Shown here in pieces: positions 56,863 to 64,000 of a stretch of 64,000 bases of DNA. The notes beneath the pieces were generated by a model. That model had not been told where the DNA came from and did not search any database. It saw only the letters and a list, made by a program, of their open reading frames with translations. Every line of letters starts with the position of its first letter. Positions within the stretch are counted from its first letter, which is position 1. Source of the DNA: a virus; the IMG/VR virus record IMGVR_UViG_3300020465_000009, positions 6,978 to 70,977 of that record; one strand, written 5' to 3'. The position numbers were made by a program, and so were the translations under genes.

Positions 56863-58310
56863 GAATTTTAGGTATTAATTGCATGAACCACGATGCCGCT
56901 ATGGCAGTTGTGGATGGCGACAAAATATTATGGGCCGCTCATGCAGAACGTTACTCCAAGGTTAAAAATGATCATTATCTGAATTGGCAAATTGTAAATG
57001 AAGCAATGAAATATGGTCCTTTTAACAAAGTTGTTTATTATGAAAAACCTTTATTAAAAAAAACAAGGCAGTTTTTTGCAGGGCAGTATGATATCGCTTT
57101 AAGTTATACAGAAATGCCGCAGTGGCATTTGGATCACTTTAACATAAAAATAGACGAGTACGTAAAGCATCATGATAGCCATGCCGCGGCAGGATATTTC
57201 ACTTCTCCCTTCAAAGATGCAGTGGTACTGACAGTTGATGCAATAGGCGAGTGGGATACAGTATCTATAAGTGTTGCCTGTGGAAACGAAATTATCAGAA
57301 AAGAAACAATCAAATATCCACACAGCATAGGAATACTTTACAGTGCATTCACACATCGTTGCGGACTTAAACCTGCAGAAGAAGAATACATCTTGATGGG
57401 TATGGCCGCATATGGCAAACCAAAATACAAAGATGACATATACAATGATTTTGTAGAACAAAGTCCGTTCAAACTAAAAAAGAATCTTCATAGAGGATTA
57501 AGTGATTGGAAACCTGAAGCAGATGTCATGGATCTTGCCGCAAGTATACAATCTGTGACAGAAGAATGTCTTGCAAGTTTGTGGCACAGAGCAAGTAAGT
57601 ATGGATCACGTAATTTGGTATATGCAGGCGGAGTTGCACTTAATTGTGCGGCCAATAGAGTACTTGCAAATCTAGAATTGTTTGATAACATATGGATAAT
57701 ACCAAATCCCGGAGACGCAGGAAGTTCATTAGGTTGCATTGCCGCCAGTGAAAAGATGCACTTGAATTGGAAAAATCCTTTCTTGGGTCATAACATAGAA
57801 GGAGAATATCCTGTAGATAAAATTATAAAAGAATTAAAAGAAAATAAGATGGTCGGAGTTGCAAATGGCAGAGCAGAGTTTGGACCAAGAGCACTTGGTA
57901 ATAGATCACTACTGGCAGATCCGAGAGGTCCGGAAGTTAAAGATTTGGTAAATGCAATCAAGAAAAGACAGAAGTTTAGACCGTTTGCTCCTGCCATATT
58001 AGAGGAGGATGTGCATGAGTATTTTACCCTACCTACCGCCGTCAAAAACACCCCCTATATGCAATTTACAGCGGCGTGTACGCATGGTAAAGACTTTCCT
58101 GCCATAATACACTACGATAACACAAGTCGCGTACAAACCGTCTCTAAAAGCGATAACGAAGGGTTTTACGAACTGCTTAAAGCATGGAAAAAGGAAACAG
58201 GATGTCCAATGCTTTTAAACACGAGTTTGAATATCAAGGGTCAACCAATAGTAAATGACGTAGAAGATGGTAAAGCATTTACCAAGAAATATGGAGTAAA
58301 AGTAGTTTAA
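56859..58310 (+). CDS. carbamoyltransferase (NodU/CmcH family)
   Basis: ILGI...HD.A, HH.SHAA, D.IGE, MGMAAYG, GGVALNC, E.GPRALGNRS, FRPFAP, LNTSLN. Confidence 0.92.
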   Translation: MRILGINCMNHDAAMAVVDGDKILWAAHAERYSKVKNDHYLNWQIVNEAMKYGPFNKVVYYEKPLLKKTRQFFAGQYDIALSYTEMPQWHLDHFNIKIDEYVKHHDSHAAAGYFTSPFKDAVVLTVDAIGEWDTVSISVACGNEIIRKETIKYPHSIGILYSAFTHRCGLKPAEEEYILMGMAAYGKPKYKDDIYNDFVEQSPFKLKKNLHRGLSDWKPEADVMDLAASIQSVTEECLASLWHRASKYGSRNLVYAGGVALNCAANRVLANLELFDNIWIIPNPGDAGSSLGCIAASEKMHLNWKNPFLGHNIEGEYPVDKIIKELKENKMVGVANGRAEFGPRALGNRSLLADPRGPEVKDLVNAIKKRQKFRPFAPAILEEDVHEYFTLPTAVKNTPYMQFTAACTHGKDFPAIIHYDNTSRVQTVSKSDNEGFYELLKAWKKETGCPMLLNTSLNIKGQPIVNDVEDGKAFTKKYGVKVV

Positions 58311-59254
58311 TGAAAATATTGATCACAGGCGGAAACGGGTTCATTGGATCCAAGATTGTTGAACTGCTAGGTAGAAAACATTCCATTACAATCTTAGATA
58401 ATGACGACACTTACGGACTCATAAAAATAGAAGAACTGAGAAAATTATACAAGTGGAGACAAAGGAATTGGGGCGACAATGTCAGCAGGCTAGTGGGAGA
58501 CGTGAGAGATCAAATGGCTGGCCTAAGAGCATTCAAGACTGTGCCTGATCTAGTAATACATCTTGCATCTTACCCTAGGGCAAAAATCGTAAACACAAAT
58601 CCAGTCGAAGGTGTAAGTCAAATTGTAGACGGAACAACAAATATGTTATGGCACGCCAAAAAATTTGGCACTAAAAAATTTGTTTACATAAGCAGTTCTA
58701 TGGTGTATGGACATTTCACAGACAACACAAAGGAAGACGCAAGTACAAAGCCAATCAACATATACGGAGAGGCAAAATTAACAGGTGAAAGATTAGTCAA
58801 ACTTTTTTGTAAAGATAGTGAAATGGATTACAATATAATTAGACCAAGCGGAGTATATGGTCCTGGCGATTTACCCGACAGAGTCATAAGCAAATTTTTT
58901 GAAGCGGCAATGACTAATAAAGACTTAAATGTACACAACGGAGCCAATAAAGTTGATTTCACTTACAGGAAAGATGCCGCACAAGGTATTATAGATGTTT
59001 CATTATCAAAAGAAAACAATCAAAGTTTTAACATCACTTACGGAAATGCTCGTACTTTATTAGACGCCGCACAAACAATAGTAAAAATTACTAATAGCAA
59101 AAGCAAAATTGTTGACACTGGTAGGAATAGTTTGTATCCAGATCGAGGCACACTTAATATTGATAAAGCAAGACAACTTGTAAATTACAAACCAACAATG
59201 TCGTTAGAGAATGGATTAGAAAGTTATTATGGATGGCTACAAAATAAAATATAA
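58310..59254 (+). CDS. NAD-dependent epimerase/dehydratase
   Basis: ITGGNGFIG, HLA, ISSSMVYG, YGEAK, VYGPG, DFTY..D. Confidence 0.9.
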   Translation: MKILITGGNGFIGSKIVELLGRKHSITILDNDDTYGLIKIEELRKLYKWRQRNWGDNVSRLVGDVRDQMAGLRAFKTVPDLVIHLASYPRAKIVNTNPVEGVSQIVDGTTNMLWHAKKFGTKKFVYISSSMVYGHFTDNTKEDASTKPINIYGEAKLTGERLVKLFCKDSEMDYNIIRPSGVYGPGDLPDRVISKFFEAAMTNKDLNVHNGANKVDFTYRKDAAQGIIDVSLSKENNQSFNITYGNARTLLDAAQTIVKITNSKSKIVDTGRNSLYPDRGTLNIDKARQLVNYKPTMSLENGLESYYGWLQNKI

Positions 59255-60266
59255 TGGCATTGATAGGTTATACAACGACTACTCCTGGAGACTCAACAGG
59301 AGAGCAAAACAAGTATGGAATACAGGTCAGGTCCTGCAGGGGCAGTACCTAACAGAGTTAGAAACTACAATAGCAAAAAAATACAAAAGAGAATACGCAG
59401 TAGGAGTAGCAAGTGCAACGGATGGTTTATTCTTTGCTATGAAGAGTTTAGGCATAGGTACAGGTCATACTGTAATGTGTCCAGTGTTAAGTTACAAAGC
59501 CACATCAGGTGCCATAAAGAGAACTGGTGCAAATGTACAATACGTTGATACAGACAAATATGGAAATATAGGAGACCTTGAGTACAAAGAAGTACCTGAT
59601 GCTGTTTTATACGTAAACCTTTTTGGAAATACAGCACAGTACGATACATTAAAAACATATTGCACTAAACACAAGATACCTTTGATAGAAGATGCCGCAC
59701 AATCTCAAGGCGCATCATACAAAAGAATACCCTCTGGCAAGTTGGGTGATGTAAGTGTATTCAGTTTTGATCCAATGAAAAATATGCCTAGTTTTGGCGG
59801 AGGTGGAATGGTACTAACCGATAACAAAGAACAATACAATAAAATTATTTCTTTGAGAAAAAGCGAAATGTATAACAGTTTAATTGCTGAAGATCATGCA
59901 AATCAATTGTTGTTGATACTAGATAAATTTGACAAACTACAAAGAGCAAGGAAAAAAGTTTATAAAAGATACAAAGATAATATGCCAAACTGTACTTTCT
60001 TGATAGATGAATCGGAGAAACCAAGTTATCATAAACTTGTGATGCTTACAGATAACAGAGACGAACTTGCTTTATTTTTAACCAAAAACGGAATAGAGAC
60101 AAAGGTGCATTATTCAAAAATATTAGATGATAAAAAAGTTGGAGATTTTCAATATCCAATGGCAGAAGGTATGTGTCAAAAAGTTTTAAGTCTTCCAATT
60201 TATCCACATTTAAAATTTGAAGAAGTTGATTATATATGTGAAACTATAGGAAAGTTCAATGTTTGA
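59229..60266 (+). CDS. DegT/DnrJ/EryC1/StrS PLP-dependent aminotransferase
   Basis: SATDGL, IEDAAQ, FSFDPMKN..GGGG, LSLPIYP.L. Confidence 0.9.
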   Translation: MDGYKIKYNGIDRLYNDYSWRLNRRAKQVWNTGQVLQGQYLTELETTIAKKYKREYAVGVASATDGLFFAMKSLGIGTGHTVMCPVLSYKATSGAIKRTGANVQYVDTDKYGNIGDLEYKEVPDAVLYVNLFGNTAQYDTLKTYCTKHKIPLIEDAAQSQGASYKRIPSGKLGDVSVFSFDPMKNMPSFGGGGMVLTDNKEQYNKIISLRKSEMYNSLIAEDHANQLLLILDKFDKLQRARKKVYKRYKDNMPNCTFLIDESEKPSYHKLVMLTDNRDELALFLTKNGIETKVHYSKILDDKKVGDFQYPMAEGMCQKVLSLPIYPHLKFEEVDYICETIGKFNV

Positions 60267-61578
60267 TTCTATACAGATTAGGTTTCCAGGTTTAAAAGAA
60301 TGGCCCTCGCCATTTGCACATTCGAGACAAGTCCCTTTTGTTCAAAGTTATTTTAATGTGATCAAAAGTTGCATCGGAGATATCCAGACAGAGTATTTTT
60401 GGGTATTCCCGTCATTCATGAGTTTATGGGAAGGCATTGACTTTACCTTTATACCTGAGCAACACGAAAAAGATCAAATACACGTATGGTATTCCACACA
60501 CCGTAAAGCAGGAATGAATAAAGAGGGTAATGTGTTTTTAATACCAACTAAAAAATTTAAAGAACAGATGCAAGGATTAAAATTCCTGAGAGACTATAAG
60601 GACATTAATTATCACCCAGTTGAAGATCTATGGTATCCCACATTTACTAGATACCATTCAATATTAGGTGACATGGTCAACACATACAACAATACTGATT
60701 TGGCTTTATATAAATGGATTTCAAACAATCAATATAACACAGTACCTAAACCTAACTTCTTTCCTAGTTTTTGGGAAGACGTTAAATGCTATACGTTTGG
60801 AAAACATAATGACTTTATACTGGCTCCCGGCGGCAAGAGTATTAAACAATTTTACGACTTTGATAGAATGGTCAATGCACCGTATGATTATGATGTTAAA
60901 CCAATGGACATTATTTTTGTATCCTATGACGAACCAGACGCAGAGCAGAAGTATAACGAATTGAAAACCAAATATCCTAGGGCAAAGTGGAGCAAGGGAG
61001 TAAAAGGAAGAACACAGGCATATCAAGCCGCCGCAAACATGAGTGATACAGAATTCTTTTTCACAGTATGGCCAAAACTTGATTTGGTTGATAGTTTTGA
61101 TTTTACGTTCCAACCCGATAGATTAAAAAACCGTTGTCACTATATTTTCCATGCAAAAAATCCTGTAAACGGATTAGAGTATGGACACGGTGCAGTATTA
61201 TTGTATAATAAAAAACTAGTGCTTGAACACAACAAGCCTGGTATTGATTTCACTTTGAGTCAATCGCATGATACAGTTCCTATAATGAGTGCAATTAACA
61301 ACTTCAACAAAACACCATTAATGGCATGGCGTACTACATTTAGAGAGGTGCTAAAATTGAATATGCTTAAACAGACCGTTGAAACAAAATTTAGAATAAA
61401 AAAATGGTGCGAGTTGGGAGTTGGAGAAAATGCAGATTGGGTACACAAAGGATCACAAGATGCTATGCAGTATTTCAAAGACAATCAGCACAATCCTAAA
61501 GAATTGTTCAAATCATATGAATTAGAATGGTTGAATGATTATTTTGAATCTAAGTATTCAGTCGAAAAGATTTCTTAA
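60259..61578 (+). CDS. glycosyltransferase-like protein
   Basis: C-terminal DIIFVSYDEP, GVKGR..A..AAA, NPVNGLEYGHG, AWR..FRE domain paralogous to 43967. Confidence 0.55.
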   Translation: MFDSIQIRFPGLKEWPSPFAHSRQVPFVQSYFNVIKSCIGDIQTEYFWVFPSFMSLWEGIDFTFIPEQHEKDQIHVWYSTHRKAGMNKEGNVFLIPTKKFKEQMQGLKFLRDYKDINYHPVEDLWYPTFTRYHSILGDMVNTYNNTDLALYKWISNNQYNTVPKPNFFPSFWEDVKCYTFGKHNDFILAPGGKSIKQFYDFDRMVNAPYDYDVKPMDIIFVSYDEPDAEQKYNELKTKYPRAKWSKGVKGRTQAYQAAANMSDTEFFFTVWPKLDLVDSFDFTFQPDRLKNRCHYIFHAKNPVNGLEYGHGAVLLYNKKLVLEHNKPGIDFTLSQSHDTVPIMSAINNFNKTPLMAWRTTFREVLKLNMLKQTVETKFRIKKWCELGVGENADWVHKGSQDAMQYFKDNQHNPKELFKSYELEWLNDYFESKYSVEKIS

Positions 61579-61894
61579 GAACGTTATCAGTTTTCTTTTC
61601 CATATCTCTTTTAAGCAAAGGAACATCAAACTTCAGTTCAACAGTCTTTATTTTTAAGTAGTTTTTTTTGATACTACTAGCAAGGAATCTTGCTATTGAT
61701 GATTGCTTTTTTACTTTTAACTCTTTTTGTATATCGAAATGTATAGTGATATTATTTTTGAGTATGATGTTTACAAATTTCAAATATTTCACGGGCATAT
61801 TTGTGAAGTGGATTCCGTCTAATACTTCGGGCCATTCCTTCACAAACTCTCTCGTAAGAGCCACCCATGATTTATTTTTTTGATTTTTTGGCAT
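61550..61894 (-). CDS. hypothetical protein
   Basis: WPEV...I....P.KYL pattern; last gene of the minus-strand unit. Confidence 0.6.
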   Translation of the reverse strand: MPKNQKNKSWVALTREFVKEWPEVLDGIHFTNMPVKYLKFVNIILKNNITIHFDIQKELKVKKQSSIARFLASSIKKNYLKIKTVELKFDVPLLKRDMEKKTDNVLKKSFRLNT

Positions 61895-62405
61895 CAGATT
61901 TTTTTGTTTCTTTTTTCTCTGTTGCCTCTGAATCGTCTGCTACTGTAAGTTCAGCAACTGATACACCACGTTCTTTTGCTATTTGCTCATTAAGTTTGTT
62001 AAGAGCAATTTTACCTTCCGGTGTTGCACCATACGTAACTGTAATTTCTTTTGTTGAAAACTTTTTAAGGTATCCATCATTGTGTAATACAGATAACATA
62101 TTTGTTCCATCTGGGAATGATTGTCTTCCAAGATATGATCCTAGTTCAAACTCGGCCTGTCCGCCTTGTGATTCAACTGCTCTCATTAGTGCATTGTGGT
62201 ATACATCAGGTAAAAATTTTGTTCCTACAACAAGACAGTTATTTGGTTCACCAGGTACTGTTCTGTACACTATAACCACTTTCGCTTTAGACTCGTCAGC
62301 AAGTTCTCCAACGTGTTTAAAAAAAGTTCTTGTTACAGATCCTTCTTGACCAGTTGGTTCAGTATCCATCGCCATCGATTCGTTAACGTTCATTAATCTT
62401 GCCAT
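61872..62405 (-). CDS. hypothetical protein
   Basis: KHVG...KV.IVYRT.PG..CLVV; GGAGG SD before ATG 62405. Confidence 0.65.
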   Translation of the reverse strand: MARLMNVNESMAMDTEPTGQEGSVTRTFFKHVGELADESKAKVVIVYRTVPGEPNNCLVVGTKFLPDVYHNALMRAVESQGGQAEFELGSYLGRQSFPDGTNMLSVLHNDGYLKKFSTKEITVTYGATPEGKIALNKLNEQIAKERGVSVAELTVADDSEATEKKETKKSDAKKSKK

Positions 62406-62406
62406 G

Positions 62407-62691
62407 TTATTTTCCTCCTGCGGATGCTTCTTCTTTTTTCTCTTCTTTTGGTGCAACCTTACTTAAGAATGCTTGAAGTTTGTTATACAACAAACCTACG
62501 CCTGCCATTTCATTGGCACGAAAGGCACCTCTTGTCGAGGCAACATCTATGATTGTGGCTACACTTTTTAAATCGCCAATTGATAATGCACCACCGTCTT
62601 GTTGAGCATTACCTCCTGCTGGAGACTGTCCACCAATTGGTGCTTGAGCAGTATCCGGTGCTGGCGTTTTAGTTCTAGTTTTCTTTGCCAT
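62407..62691 (-). CDS. hypothetical protein
   Basis: LSI.DL....IID.AS.RGAF.A.E...VG.LYNKL.AFL; AAGGA SD. Confidence 0.65.
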   Translation of the reverse strand: MAKKTRTKTPAPDTAQAPIGGQSPAGGNAQQDGGALSIGDLKSVATIIDVASTRGAFRANEMAGVGLLYNKLQAFLSKVAPKEEKKEEASAGGK

Positions 62692-62735
62692 GTTTTTGTT
62701 TCCTTTATTAATTGCAATTAATATAATATACGCAT

Positions 62736-62765
62736 ATTATACTATAAAGTAGTTATCGTGGTCAA
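62736..62765 (-). promoter_or_regulatory. sigma70-type promoter
   Basis: Minus strand TTGACC, 18 nt, TATAAT upstream of 62691. Confidence 0.55.
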
Positions 62766-62774
62766 CAGGTAATT

Positions 62775-63035
62775 TTAACGAGATTGAGCCAATCCTGAAA
62801 GTCCAAACAGGGTAAGGTCACCTGCATTTTCAAATCCTATTACTTTCACCTGGCTTGTTCTATCTTTTGTGAAATAAATGTCATCTACTATACAATAACG
62901 ACCTGTACAGTAATTGTAGATCCATTCTTCTATCTTTACCATTTCATATTCATTTGCTTTTACCACAGTATTAACAAAATGTTTTGGTAAAAAATTAATT
63001 TTTCTTTGGTAAAAATTTTGTGGATTAATCTTCAT
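62775..63035 (-). CDS. hypothetical protein
   Basis: 86-aa ORF (INP.N, WI...C.GRY, IGFE) overlapping the VWA gene stop. Confidence 0.6.
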   Translation of the reverse strand: MKINPQNFYQRKINFLPKHFVNTVVKANEYEMVKIEEWIYNYCTGRYCIVDDIYFTKDRTSQVKVIGFENAGDLTLFGLSGLAQSR

Positions 63036-64000
63036 ATTGAACAGTCATCCCCCACGGTGCTTCAATATTTCTATCATATGGATTGTTAATTAAAAATATT
63101 GTATCGCAATAATCAGGATCACCCCAACTGTTAAATGGCCAACCATCCGTAAACATTACAAATTTCTTTGGCACAATACCTTCTTCTTTCATGTAAGACC
63201 AGTTGCATTCGAACTCTGTACCACCACCATTACCTAGTTTGTAATCTAGCAATTCGTCTGCGTTATCAGGAGTGAATACTTTTGGATTGAATACTTCTGT
63301 ATCAAAAGTCCAAAGATGTATTCTAAAGTCTTTGTATTGGTCCATTATGTTTTTAACTTCTGTAAGAAATTCTTTACATTGTTGATTGCTTATACTACCA
63401 GATGCATCGAGAGCCAAGCATATATCAATCATCTCATCATTGTTTTGACCAGGCAATATAGCAGATGTATGCCATGATTTTCTACTAGGTCTCATCCAAG
63501 TATAGTCCGACTTCATTGTGCTCATTATCTGTTGTTGCAATATTTCTCTCCAATCCATCTTAGGTTCAGTGAGATCCTTGATCATTTTTTGTATAGATCC
63601 AGGTAGGTTTCCTGCTCCTGTAGATTGTGCGGCACTTATCATTGCTTCTTTCATTTCGTCTTTAATCTTCTTTAATTCTTCTTTACTGTATACTGGAGCA
63701 CCTTTGCCTTTTTGTTTCTTTTTATCTTTATTTTGATCTTTGCCATCACCCGGCCATTGCTGGTGATCGTCCATTAGTTGTCCCATCTTCTCCAACATCT
63801 TCTTGCCGTTCTTTTTGGCCTGTTTCATGATGTCGTCGTATATTCTTTCTGAAGTCCAATCTTTGTATTTGTCATCTTGGAAACCTTTGTTCTCACCTTT
63901 TTTACCAGTAGGCATATCACCTATTTGATAATCTTTAAGAATCTGGTTTACGGCATAGTCCGCCGCAATATTCCAAAGTTGTGGATCCCTGTCTCCTATT
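63025..64000 (-). CDS. DUF2201-like metallopeptidase/VWA domain protein (5' end outside window)
   Basis: Frame open to the window end (…WNIAADYAVNQ…); W.RPSR, DASGSI MIDAS motif, GGGTEF, FTDG. Confidence 0.8.
   Translation of the reverse strand, partial: IGDRDPQLWNIAADYAVNQILKDYQIGDMPTGKKGENKGFQDDKYKDWTSERIYDDIMKQAKKNGKKMLEKMGQLMDDHQQWPGDGKDQNKDKKKQKGKGAPVYSKEELKKIKDEMKEAMISAAQSTGAGNLPGSIQKMIKDLTEPKMDWREILQQQIMSTMKSDYTWMRPSRKSWHTSAILPGQNNDEMIDICLALDASGSISNQQCKEFLTEVKNIMDQYKDFRIHLWTFDTEVFNPKVFTPDNADELLDYKLGNGGGTEFECNWSYMKEEGIVPKKFVMFTDGWPFNSWGDPDYCDTIFLINNPYDRNIEAPWGMTVQYED

Noticed and set aside
5741-63736. Numerous short ORFs opposite or nested in long genes
   Set aside because: Fully overlap well-supported genes and lack motifs or SD sites; consistent with antisense artefacts.
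1-64000. Stop-codon reassignment or diversity-generating retroelement
   Set aside because: Genes are intact in the standard code, including a 12.9-kb ORF; no reverse transcriptase or template/variable repeat pair was seen.

Overview
AT-rich fragment of a large T4-like (contractile-tailed, probably jumbo) phage genome; the host cannot be assigned from sequence alone. From left to right: a partial tape-measure-like gene; a gp26/gp51-like pair joined by a candidate -1 frameshift site; a small accessory block (coiled-coil protein, DUF1415-like protein, ATE/Bpt-like aminoacyl-transferase); a ~430-nt hairpin-dense non-coding element next to a GIY-YIG nuclease; Hc1-like protein, gp46/gp47 and a gp55-like late sigma factor; a long late operon of baseplate and fibre genes (gp53, hub, gp5, gp25, gp6, a 4302-aa protein, three paralogous fibres and a Gly-rich Hint-domain protein with tailoring enzymes); a ~20-kb modification operon (4 glycosyltransferase-like genes, 5 radical SAM paralogues, 2 SGNH-like proteins, alternative oxidase, methyltransferase, APS-kinase-like plus nucleotidyltransferase, carbamoyltransferase, epimerase, DegT aminotransferase, MBD4-like glycosylase); and minus-strand hypotheticals ending in a partial DUF2201/VWA gene. 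No tRNA, rRNA or CRISPR array was seen. All product calls come from motif recognition by eye, not database searches.
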